In this document: piece by piece, positions 26,065-35,730 of the stretch
Layout: each line of letters starts with the position of its first letter
How positions within the stretch are numbered: the stretch's first letter is position 1
Assembly: GCA_002269645.1 (NCBI GenBank)
Contig: NIVC01001629.1
Coordinates: 186,001-250,000, forward strand
DNA from: Macrostomum lignano
Lineage: Eukaryota
DNA: 64,000 nt
Direction: 5' to 3'
Notes under the pieces: model-generated
Seen by the model: only the letters and a program-made list of their open reading frames with translations
Told to the model about the DNA's origin: nothing
The model's database searches: none
Made by a program: the position numbers and the translations under genes

Positions 26065-27165
26065 GGCCTGACTGACTGACTGCTCACCATGAGCTGTGAC
26101 TCAACTGACTGACTGCTCACCATGAGCTGTGACTCAACTGACTGACTGCTCATAATGAGCTGTGACTCAACTGACTGCTCATCATGAGCTGTGACTCAAC
26201 TGACTGCTCATCATGAGCTGTGACTCAACTGACTGCTCATCATGAGCTGTGACTCAACTGACTGCTCATCATGAGCTGTGACTCAACTGACTGCTCATCA
26301 TGAGCTGTGACTCAACTGACTGCTCATCATGAGCTGTGACTCAACTGACTGCTCATCATGAGCTGTGACTCAACTGACTGCTCATCATGAGCTGTGACTC
26401 AACTGACTGCTCATCATGAACTGTGACTCAACTGACTGCTCATCATGAGCTGTGACTCAACTGACTGCTCATAATGAGCTGACTCAACTAACTGCTCATC
26501 ATGAGCTGTGACTCAACTGACTGCTCATCATGAGCTGTGACTTAACTGACTGCTCATCATGAGCTGTGACTCAACTGACTGCTCATCATGAGCTGTGACT
26601 TAACTGACTGCTCACCATGAGCTGTGACTCAACTGACTGCTCATCATGAGCTGTGACTCAACTGACTGACTGCTCATAATGAGCTGTGACTCAACTGACT
26701 GCTCATCATGAGCTGTGACTCAACTGACTGCTCATCATGAGCTGTGACTCAACTGACTGCTCATCATGAGCTGTGACTCAACTGACTGCTCATCATGAGC
26801 TGTGACTCAACTGACTGCTCATCATGAGCTGTGACTCAACTGACTGCTCATCATGAGCTGTGACTCGACTGACTGCTCATCATGAGCTGTGACTCAACTG
26901 ACTGCTCATCATGAGCTTTGACTCAACTGACTGCTCATCATGAGCTGTGACTCAATTGACTGACTGCTCATCATGAGCTGTGACTCAACTGACTGACTGC
27001 TCATCATGAGCTGTGACTCAACTGACTGCTCATCATGAGCTGTGACTCGACTGACTGATCATCATGAGCTGTGACTCAACTGACTGCTCATCATGAGCTG
27101 TGACTCGACTGACTGACTGCTCACCATGAGCTGTGACTCAACTGACTGACTGCTCACCATGAGCT
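26065..27165 (+). repeat. 29-bp minisatellite, ~37 copies
   Basis: Unit CTGACTGCTCATCATGAGCTGTGACTCAA. Confidence 0.97.
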
Positions 27166-27599
27166 GGGGACTGCGGGGCCGTGTAATAAATTTGCAGACT
27201 GCGAACTTCGCCACTGAAATTGCAGCCTTGTGATTCTGCCGCTCTGGAAAATATCTCTATAATTTTACAGTGCATTGTGGCAGTTTATCATCGAAAGACT
27301 GCCTGCAAAGTTGCCTTACAGACTAATTGTTACAGATCCTATAATGCGGTAAATTTAGAAGCCGAAAGCTAATTAACATTCAGTTTTTGTCGTGATATTT
27401 TTCTGCGGACACAGTTTGAACTTTAATCACTAACAAGGAATGTCATTGTTTTTTTAGTTGCTAGGCAGCTTAAACCACAGCAGATATGACGGGAATTTAA
27501 TGAATGATGAAACTACTTTGAGTAGAAAGTAACGCATTTTCATTCCATTTAAATAATGTCATATTCAAAAATCAGATCTTGCAGACTTTGCTAGGAGAA

Positions 27600-28592
27600 A
27601 AAGGATAGGAGAGAAGAGAGAGGAGAGGGGAGAAAGTAAATGAGAAGAGCAGAAGAGGAGAGGAGAGGAGAGGAGAGGAGAGGAGAGGAGAGGAGAGGAG
27701 AGGAGAGGAGAGAGAGGAGAGGAGAGGAGAGGAGAGGAGAGGAGAGGAGAGGAGAGGAGAGGAGAGGAGAGGAGAGGAGAGGAGAGGAGAGGAGAGGAGA
27801 GGAGAGGAGAGGAGAGGAGAGGAGAGTAGAGGAGAGGAGAGGAGAGGAGAGGAGAGGAGAGGAGAAGAGAGGAGAGGAGAGGAGAGGAGAGGAGAGTAGA
27901 GGAGAGGAGAGGAGAGGAGAGGAGAGGCGAGGAGAGGAGAGGAGAGGAAAGGAGAGGAGAGGAGAGTAGAGGAGAGGAGAGGAGAGGAGAGGAGAGGATA
28001 AGAGAGAGAGGAGAGGAGAGGAGAGGAGAGGAGAGTTGAGGAGAAAAGAGGAGAGGAGAGGAGAGGAGAGGAGAGGATAAGAGAGAGAGGAGAGGAGAGG
28101 AGAGGAGAGGAGAGGAGAAAAGAAGAGAGGAGAGGAGATGAGTAAAGAGAAGAGAAATAAAAGAGAGGAGAGGAGAGGCGAGGAGAGGAGAGGAGAGGAG
28201 AGGAGAGGATAAGAGAGAGAGGAGAGGAGAGGAGAGGAGAGGAGAGGAGAGGAGAGGAGAGGAGAGGAGAGGATAAGAGAGAGAGGAGAGGAGAGGAGAG
28301 GAGAGGAGAGGAGAGGAGAGGAGAGGAGAGGAGAGGAGCTGAGAGGAGAGGATAAGAGAGAGAGGAGAGGAGTGGAGAGGAGAGGAGAGGAGAGGAGAGG
28401 AGAGGAGAGGAGAGGAGAGGATAAGAGAGAGAGGAGAGGAGAGGAGAGGAGAGGAGAGGAGAGAAGAGGAGATGAGAAAAGAAGAGAGGAGAGGAGTTGA
28501 GAAAAGAGAAGAGAAATAAAAGAGAGGAGAGGAGATGAGTAAAGAGAAGAGAAATAAAAGAGAGGAGAGGAGATGAGTAAAGAGAAGAGAAA
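27600..28592 (+). repeat. (GAGGA)n purine microsatellite; resumes at 33048-33100 after the Gypsy insertion
   Basis: Direct reading; GAGTAAAGAGAAGAGAAATAAAAGAG module continues across the insertion. Confidence 0.96.
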
Positions 28593-28857
28593 TGTGGTGC
28601 CGGAGCGCTGAGCTCTAGGCACTGGCTAACTAACTAGCTTATGCTATGTACGTGCATCGTACGTGCACACCATTCTTTCCTCTCCCTTCGCTCTGACTGG
28701 CCATCCCCTAAGCCGCCATGTACTTGTACGTAGTTATTTATCATCACGTGACTTTATTTCGGTGTTCTCTCGGCCCCTGCTCGTGTCATTATTTAATAAG
28801 CTACTTGCTAGTTAAAATAAACCTTGAGTTTCTTTATGCCAAATTCACGGCACGACA
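28593..28857 (+). mobile_element. 5' LTR (265 bp)
   Basis: TGTGGTGCCGG...CACGGCACGACA; AATAAA near the 3' end; extra TCGTACGTGCA versus the 3' LTR. Confidence 0.96.
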
Positions 28858-30105
28858 ATGGCGTCGCAAGCAAGTGACCTGCCACTAAACGATCCAGCCA
28901 TGACTGAGGCATGGCTCAGGAGTTTCGCCGCACTCAGTCGAAGCAAGAAGCTGACGGACTCCAATGAAGATCGCCAGGTTACTGACCTCTTCCTGTCCAA
29001 TGCGGGAGTCGAGGCAGTCCGCAGAGTGTCTGTCATGGCGCAGCCCAAGGAACTGGAGAACATGGACTTCGCAGACATTCGCAAACTGATCATGGAGAAG
29101 GTGGCACCCAAGAAGAGGCTGGTCATTGCGGAGAGGTCCAAATTCATGGCACTTCGACAAGAGACCGGCGAATCGACTCAACAATTCGCACAGCGCCTCA
29201 GGGATGCCTCCAGGTTCTGCGAATTCAGCAAGCTGAACGCTGAGGGCTGCCATCAGACTGCCGAGGATGAGCTCATTCAGACTATGCTGATCAGCGGACT
29301 GCAGAACATGCAGCATCGAGCCAAGACTCTCGAGTTCATCCAGAGCGCTGCCGCAGCTGTGAAGTTTGATACCTGCGTTGAATACGTTCAACAGCTGGAA
29401 CTCATTCAGCAGTACAGCAGCTCCGATCAGGTCAAGCAGTCATCGACCAGCTCCAGCACCCCGGCTGAGCAGCCAGCCCCAGCAGCCATCGCCAGCGTAG
29501 ACAAGAACCGAAGTGCCGGAAAGCAGTGCAAGTTCTGTGGCCAAAAGCACCCAAGTGGTCGATGTCCAGCCTGGGGCAAGACGTGCGCGAAGTGCGGACG
29601 CCGCAACCACTTCGCAGCCGTGTGCAAAAGCAGCTCCCAGAACAAGTCGGCACACGAGCTCGAGACAGAGGAACCGGAAGGCAACCTAGCTCGCAACCCA
29701 GTCTTCACCGTCAGCAGCACGAATAAGAGCAAGACGAGCAGCATCAAGAATGTGAAGCTGGACGGTAAGCTCCTGGCGATGCAGCTCGATTCTGGATCAG
29801 ACGCCAGCATCATCCCCAAGAACTTTTGGAAAGCCTTGGGTGAACCTCGGCTCAAGCGGTGTCCCAGGCAGCTTCGCCAGTTCGATGGGTCTGTCATCAA
29901 GACCCTCGGTTGCTTCTTAGCGGTAGTAGAGCTCAGCGACAGAGTTGCCTGCATCGAGGTTACTGTAGCCGCGTGCGAGAAGAACCATGGACTGCTGGGC
30001 ACCGATGCTTTGGACTTCAAGCTCGACGGAGTTGCCATCAACCACGCAGAGGTGACACCCCCGCAAGCTGCGGGGCTTCAGGGCTCGGATTGTCTTGAAA
30101 GATAA
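28858..30105 (+). CDS. gag: Gag-protease (homology ends ~30060)
   Basis: Mag-type capsid motif (AERSKF..LRQ..GES..QF..RLR..SRFCEF), two Zn knuckles CKFCGQKHPSGRC and CAKCGRRNHFAAVC, aspartic protease LDSGS. Confidence 0.93.
   Translation: MASQASDLPLNDPAMTEAWLRSFAALSRSKKLTDSNEDRQVTDLFLSNAGVEAVRRVSVMAQPKELENMDFADIRKLIMEKVAPKKRLVIAERSKFMALRQETGESTQQFAQRLRDASRFCEFSKLNAEGCHQTAEDELIQTMLISGLQNMQHRAKTLEFIQSAAAAVKFDTCVEYVQQLELIQQYSSSDQVKQSSTSSSTPAEQPAPAAIASVDKNRSAGKQCKFCGQKHPSGRCPAWGKTCAKCGRRNHFAAVCKSSSQNKSAHELETEEPEGNLARNPVFTVSSTNKSKTSSIKNVKLDGKLLAMQLDSGSDASIIPKNFWKALGEPRLKRCPRQLRQFDGSVIKTLGCFLAVVELSDRVACIEVTVAACEKNHGLLGTDALDFKLDGVAINHAEVTPPQAAGLQGSDCLER
28859..28870 (+). promoter_or_regulatory. Primer binding site candidate TGGCGTCGCAAG
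   Basis: TGG 1 nt after the 5' LTR; complement implies a tRNA ending GACG-CCA (G discriminator, Ser/Arg-type by inference). Confidence 0.7.
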
Positions 30106-31450
30106 TGCGCAGCCAAGCTATTTCGAGGCCCGTCAGGTACCAATCCACATGAAGCCGCTGGTCATCGAGAAGCTGCGGAAGATGGTGCAGAGCGGGATTC
30201 TGGAGCCGGTACCACCCGGAGGCAGCCGGTGGGCCTCACCAATTGTGGTCGTGCGCAAACCGAACAATGATCTGCGAGTCTGCTCGGACTACAAGATAGG
30301 AGTCAACCCCAAGATCTGCGCCGACTCCTACCCGCTGCCCAACATTGAGTCCGCCTTCTGCGCCCTGGCCGGGATGACCCACTTCGCCACCGTCGACTTG
30401 ACAAATGCCTACAACCAGATCGAGCTGGATGAGAACGCAAGGGAAGTGCTCACAATCAATACGCCGATCGGCCTGCTGCGGTGGACGAGAATGCCCTACG
30501 GTGTCAAGACAGCCAGTGCCCAATTTCAGGCAGCCATGGAGGCCACTATTGGCGACGCGGTGTCGAACATGGTGATCTATCAAGACGACATTTGCGTGGG
30601 CGCTCCGACAGAAGGTGAGCTGGATGCCAAAGTGAAGCACTTGCTCAGCACCCTCAAAGAGGCTGGCATGGAGATTAACCATGAGAAGTGCGTCTTTCGA
30701 AGCACCGAGATCTGCTTCCTGGGGTATCGCATCTCAGCGGATGGAGTTCGGCCAGACAAGAAGCTGGTGGAGAAGATCCAGAAGGTCAAGCCGCCCACGA
30801 CGAGGAAGGAGCTGGAGTCGTTTCTGGGGCTCACCAACTATTATGCGCGCTACATCCAGGCCTACTCGGAGAAGATTGAGCCCTTGACTGCTTTGAGGAG
30901 TCAGAAGTCCAGCTTTGTGTGGGGCCTGGAGCAGCAAAAAGCTTTCGAAGACCTCAAGCGAGCCTTGGCGGTGTACCCGGTTATCCGCATATTCGATCCC
31001 AGGAAGCTGACCACCCTGACGACAGATGCCAGCGAGTCCGCAGTATCGGGAATCCTCAGCCAAGACGGACACCCGGTGCTGTACCTGTCAAGGCGCCTCT
31101 CACCCGCCGAGCGCAACTATTCCAACATCGAGCGGGAGGCTCTGGCGGTCGTCTGGGCAACTCAGCGAGCAAAGCACTTTCTATTGGGCAAGAAATTCCT
31201 GCTTCAGTGCGACCACCAGCCACTGGAATTCATCTTCGGACCCAGTCGGGAGCTTCCCAAGGTGACTTCGGCGCGGATCATGCGGTGGGCCATTCAGCTT
31301 GCCGCGTTCGACTTCGACATCGCCTACGTCAAGGGCAACAGCATCCCTCACGTGGATGCCATGTCCCGGATGCCATTCGAGAGCAACGATGACGGCGATT
31401 CTAGTGGCGATGGTGGCTTCATCCACTGGACCGAGACTGACCGAGACTGA
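30056..31450 (+). CDS. pol: Reverse transcriptase-RNase H (+1 frame relative to Gag-PR; stops at TGA in a duplication junction)
   Basis: KLRGFRARIVLK, WASPIVVV, YPLP, DLTNAYNQI, MPYG, YQDD, FLG; RNase H TTDAS / EREAL / CDH. Confidence 0.95.
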   Translation, partial: HPRKLRGFRARIVLKDNAQPSYFEARQVPIHMKPLVIEKLRKMVQSGILEPVPPGGSRWASPIVVVRKPNNDLRVCSDYKIGVNPKICADSYPLPNIESAFCALAGMTHFATVDLTNAYNQIELDENAREVLTINTPIGLLRWTRMPYGVKTASAQFQAAMEATIGDAVSNMVIYQDDICVGAPTEGELDAKVKHLLSTLKEAGMEINHEKCVFRSTEICFLGYRISADGVRPDKKLVEKIQKVKPPTTRKELESFLGLTNYYARYIQAYSEKIEPLTALRSQKSSFVWGLEQQKAFEDLKRALAVYPVIRIFDPRKLTTLTTDASESAVSGILSQDGHPVLYLSRRLSPAERNYSNIEREALAVVWATQRAKHFLLGKKFLLQCDHQPLEFIFGPSRELPKVTSARIMRWAIQLAAFDFDIAYVKGNSIPHVDAMSRMPFESNDDGDSSGDGGFIHWTETDRD

Positions 31451-31453
31451 CCT

Positions 31454-32785
31454 GCCTACGTCAAGGGCAACAGCATCCCTCACGTGGATGCCATGTCCCG
31501 GATGCCATTCGAGAGCAACGATGACGGCGATTCTAGTGGCGATGGTGGCTTCATCCACTGGACCGAGACTGACCTGTTGAGGCTTGAGGAAATCCGCCAG
31601 GGAACAGACATCGACCCAGTGCTCAAGAGCATCAAGCGCCGGATCCAGAAGAATGTCTGGTCCAACTGCTCGGCTGCAGAGCGTCCGTTCAAGGCTGTCC
31701 GTCATCAGTTGACGATCGAAGACGGCGTCGTATGCTGCGGAGACCTGCTGGTCCCGCCTGCCGCGGTCCGTAGTAAAATGCTGCAAGCGGCTCACGGAGT
31801 GACCCACAGCGGAGCGCTGGCGACGCGAAATCGACTCAAACGCGAAGCATGGTGGCCGGGGCACTGCGATGATGTTGAGAGGTTTGTGAAGCAGTGCACG
31901 ACATGTACGAGGATCCGACCACTGCCCAATCGCACGGTGCACACGTGGCCTACCGAGGAGACGCCTTGGAAGCGGGTGCACATGGACCATGCTCACGTGT
32001 CGGGAGTCGGCCTGATTCTGGTGCTGGTTGATGCTTTCTCTGGCTGGCCGGAAGCCGTGCACGTGGCAGACAAGAGCGCGAGGACGGTGATTCGAGTTCT
32101 ACGGGCCATCTTCGCGAGGCAAGGCGTGCCGCACACTCTGGTGTCCGACAACGCACCAGAGTTCCACGATCAGGAGCTTCAAGGCTGGCTGGAGCGGATC
32201 GGCTGCAATCAGCTCTTCACGCCGCCGTACCACCCGCAGTCCAATGGCTGCGCCGAGCGGATGGTGCAGACTGTCAAGCGAGGACTCAAGGCGTTTGCAG
32301 CTCATCAAGGACCATTTGACGCATACCTGGCCAAGCTCCTGCTGAACTACCGAGCGACTCCACGTAGTGACGGCCGAGGCAGCCCCTCAGCGCTGATGGG
32401 TCGGCAGCTGAGAAGCCCGTTGACGCTGACCTTCGAGACGGACGCCCCGGTCGTTTACCAAGCTCGCCAAAGCGCACAGCCCGAGCTTGCTGAGTTCGTC
32501 GTGCAGGCCGGGCACAACACGGCGATCGTCACCCGGACCGAGTCGGACCGGCCCGTCCTGGCGCACCGGGACCAGCTTCGCCCACTGCTGGCCGCGGCCG
32601 GGTCGGAGGCCGAAGGAGGCCGTCCGGAGCTCAACGTATCGGAGGCGCCGACCAACGATTCGGGAGAGTCAGCGACTGTTGAGCATCCTCAAGCCGGTGA
32701 GCTCGATACGGCTGATACGGGGCTCAGGAGGAGCCAGCGCGGCAACAAGGGCGTTCCTCCTGACCGCTTGACAGCTCGTTGGTGA
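31454..32785 (+). CDS. pol: Integrase (same frame as RT-RH)
   Basis: H-x3-H...CTTC zinc domain; catalytic core HMDH / VDAFS / SDNA / PQSNGCAERMV. Confidence 0.95.
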   Translation, partial: AYVKGNSIPHVDAMSRMPFESNDDGDSSGDGGFIHWTETDLLRLEEIRQGTDIDPVLKSIKRRIQKNVWSNCSAAERPFKAVRHQLTIEDGVVCCGDLLVPPAAVRSKMLQAAHGVTHSGALATRNRLKREAWWPGHCDDVERFVKQCTTCTRIRPLPNRTVHTWPTEETPWKRVHMDHAHVSGVGLILVLVDAFSGWPEAVHVADKSARTVIRVLRAIFARQGVPHTLVSDNAPEFHDQELQGWLERIGCNQLFTPPYHPQSNGCAERMVQTVKRGLKAFAAHQGPFDAYLAKLLLNYRATPRSDGRGSPSALMGRQLRSPLTLTFETDAPVVYQARQSAQPELAEFVVQAGHNTAIVTRTESDRPVLAHRDQLRPLLAAAGSEAEGGRPELNVSEAPTNDSGESATVEHPQAGELDTADTGLRRSQRGNKGVPPDRLTARW

Positions 32786-32793
32786 TGACGGGA

Positions 32794-33047
32794 TGTGGTG
32801 CCGGAGCGCTGAGCTCTAGGCACTGGCTAACTAACTAGCTTATGCTATGTACGTGCACACCATTCTTTCCTCTCCCTTCGCTCTGACTGGCCATCCCCTA
32901 AGCCGCCATGTACTTGTACGTAGTTATTTATCATCACGTGACTTTATTTCGGTGTTCTCTCGGCCCCTGCTCGTGTCATTATTTAATAAGCTACTTGCTA
33001 GTTAAAATAAACCTTGAGTTTCTTTATGCCAAATTCACGGCACGACA
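32794..33047 (+). mobile_element. 3' LTR (254 bp)
   Basis: Matches the 5' LTR; begins 8 nt after the integrase stop. Confidence 0.96.
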
Positions 33048-33345
33048 AGAAATAAAAGAGAGGAGAGGAGATGAGTAAAGAGAAGAGAAATAAAAGAGAG
33101 GAGATTGGAGAGCAGGGAGCTGAGAAGCGACAGTCCTTGAGCGGGCCGGATGGCTATTGTGAAGTTTCAAAGACCCGAGGGCCGGTGGAGAGGCTTCGAA
33201 GGCCGGAGTTTGCAGTGTGCAGTGCGGTCGCGCACAGACAGTTAAGCATGGAACTTCAAGCGGTTAAGATCAGTTGACAACGAGTTCAGCCCTCAGAAAC
33301 CCGATCCATCGCGAGTTCGACTCTCACTGTTGGACGCACCTGTAG

Positions 33346-33518
33346 AATCTCGCACCTGTAGAATCTCGCACCTGTAGAATCTCGCACCTGTAGAATCTCG
33401 CACCTGTAGAATCTCGCACCTGTAGAATCTCGCACCTGTAGAATCTCGCACCTGTAGAATCTCGCACATGTAGAATCTCGCACCTGTAGAATCTCGCACC
33501 TGTAGAATCTCGCACCTG
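33346..33518 (+). repeat. 16-bp minisatellite, ~11 copies
   Basis: Unit CACCTGTAGAATCTCG. Confidence 0.95.
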
Positions 33519-33544
33519 AGCTCGAATTCCTCTCCAATCCGCAG

Positions 33545-33746
33545 TGCCAGCCGCCAAGATCGCAAGCTCGGCCCCCAGCAACCCGAGCCACGAGCCGCTG
33601 CGCCGCAGCATCCGCGCCGCCCTGGACCCCAGCCGCACCGAGGCCCTCGAGGAGGCCGCCGAGGCCGCCATCGCCGAGTCCGGCGGCAGCCGGCAGGTCG
33701 AGAAGCTGCTGGCGCTGAGCTACTCGGAGTTCGGCTCGATGGCTAA
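33545..33746 (+). CDS. Exon 2 of orphan secreted protein
   Basis: Acceptor TCCAATCCGCAG; C+TG = Leu; PAAKIASS...YSEFGSMA; donor GTAAAA phase 2. Confidence 0.75.
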
Positions 33747-33967
33747 GTAAAATCTTTTTATTCATTAAAATTCGATTTGAGCCAGTAACAGCCTACTGAT
33801 AGACTGAGACTGCCAGTAGTACGAATGTACAGCGCTTCCAAAGGGCGCACAATAGCTGTGGCTGAGCTGTCGGTTGCACATCTGGCCCGATTGGGGATGG
33901 TGTAATCAATTTTTAATAAACCATGACCATAATCCCTGACCCGAACCATAACCTAAACCTTTAATAC

Positions 33968-34430
33968 CAGCCCTGACCGCCCCAGCCCTGACTGCCCCAG
34001 CCCTGACCGCCCCAGCCCTGACTGCCCCAGCCCTGACTGCCCCAGCCCTGACCGCCCCAGCCCTGACTGCCCCAGCCCTGACCGCCCCAGCCTCGACTGC
34101 CCCAGCCCTGACCGCCCCAGCCCTGACTGCCCCAGCCCTGACCGCCCCAGCCCTGACTGCCCCAGCCCTGACCGCCCCAGCCTCGACTGCCCCAGCCCTG
34201 ACCGCCCCAGCCCTGACTGCCCCAGCCCTGACCGCCCCAGCCCTGACTGCCCCAGCCCTGACTGCCCCAGCCCTGACTGCCCCAGCCCTGACCGCCCCAG
34301 CCCTGACTGCCCCAGCCCTGACCGCCCCAGCCCTGACTGCCCCAGCCCTGACCGCCCCAGCCCTGACTCCCCCAGCCCTGACTGCCCCAGCCCTGACTGC
34401 CCTAGCCCTGACTGCCCCAGCCCTGACCGC
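33968..34430 (+). repeat. 15-bp intronic minisatellite, ~31 copies
   Basis: Unit CCCCAGCCCTGAC(T/C)G. Confidence 0.96.
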
Positions 34431-34440
34431 CGATTCCCAG

Positions 34441-34927
34441 GGTGCAGCCGTTCAACCGCCTGCTGGCCAACAACACGGACAATTTTGTCCCACTGGTGCT
34501 CAGCCTGCTGGGAGCCGACTCCAGACACCTCGCCGATTTCCGAGAGCTGGCCTTCCCGGAGCTGGCTAACGGCACCGGGCCGGAGGGCTGGCGTCTGCAC
34601 AAGCTGGCGCACTGGCCGAAGGACGGGCGCAGCTCCGGCACGAAGCTGTCCTGCCTGCTGGTGGCGCCGGCCGGCCCGGCCAGCTACGACCTGGTGCTGG
34701 TCATCTCCGCCACGGCGCCAGTGCAGATCGGCGACCGCGACCTGCTGGTGGCCGAGACCAAGCTGGCCGAGCAGCTGGGCTGGCCGGACAGGCGGGAGTC
34801 GCGCCTGGCCAGAGTCGGACACGAGGCCGGCCTGTCCGAGTCCGATCTGGACGGCCTGATGGCCTTCGCCGAGCTGAACTGCCTGCGCAAACTCGGCGCT
34901 TATTTTGAAGTCGCGCTGGACAGTTGA
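34441..34927 (+). CDS. Exon 3 (terminal) of orphan secreted protein; 247 aa total
   Basis: Acceptor GATTCCCAG; AA+G = Lys; frame to ...YFEVALDS-TGA; sequons NNT and NGT; spliced length 744 nt. Confidence 0.8.
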
Positions 34928-34936
34928 GAATGCGAG

Positions 34937-35730
34937 CGGCTGCCTACTTGCAGTAGTACCGGCAAATTTCCCGATATTTGCGTTGCTTTAATTGAACTTC
35001 GGCTGCCTACTTGCAGTAGTACCGGCTAATTTCCCGATATTTGCGTTGCTTTAATTGAACTTCGGCTGCCTACTTGCAGTAGTACCGGCAAATTTCCCGA
35101 TATTTGCGTTGCTTTAATTGAACTTCAGCTGCCTACTTGCAGTAGTACCGGCTAATTTCCCGATATTTGCGTTGCTTTAATTGAACTTCGGCTGCGTACT
35201 TGCAGTAGTACCGGCAAATTTCCCGATATTTGCGTTGCTTTAATTGAACTTCAGCTGCCTACTTGCAGTAGTACCGGCTAATTTCCCGATATTTGCGTTG
35301 CTTTAATTGAACTTCGGCTGCCTACTTGCAGTAGTACCGGCAAATTTCCCGATATTTGCGTTGATTTAACTGAACTTCGGCTGCCTACTTGCAGTAGTAC
35401 CGGCTAATTTCCCGATATTTGCGTTGCTTTAACTGAACTTCGGCTGCCTACTTGCAGTAGTACCGGCTAATTTCCCGATATTTGCGTTGATTTAATTGAA
35501 CTTCGGCTGCGTACTTGCAGTAGTACCGGCTAATTTCCCGATATTTGCGTTGCTTTAATTGAACTTCGGCTGCCTACTTGCAGTAGTACCGGCTAATTTC
35601 CCGATATTTGCGTTGCTTTAATTGAACTTCGGCTGCCTACTTGCAGTAGTACCGGCTAATTTCCCGATATTTGCGTTGCTTTAATTGAACTTCGGCTGCC
35701 TACTTGCAGTAGTAACGGCTAATTTCCCGA
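34937..35730 (+). repeat. 63-bp minisatellite, ~12.5 copies
   Basis: Unit CGGCTGCCTACTTGCAGTAGTACCGGCAAATTTCCCGATATTTGCGTTGCTTTAATTGAACTT. Confidence 0.96.

Larger units (their letters stand above)
28593..33047 (+). mobile_element. Full-length Ty3/Gypsy LTR retrotransposon (Mag-like), 4455 bp, coding region disrupted
   Basis: Two LTRs TG...CA identical except an 11-bp duplication; TSD AGAAA (28588-28592 / 33048-33052); domain order Gag-PR-RT-RH-INT. Confidence 0.97.
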
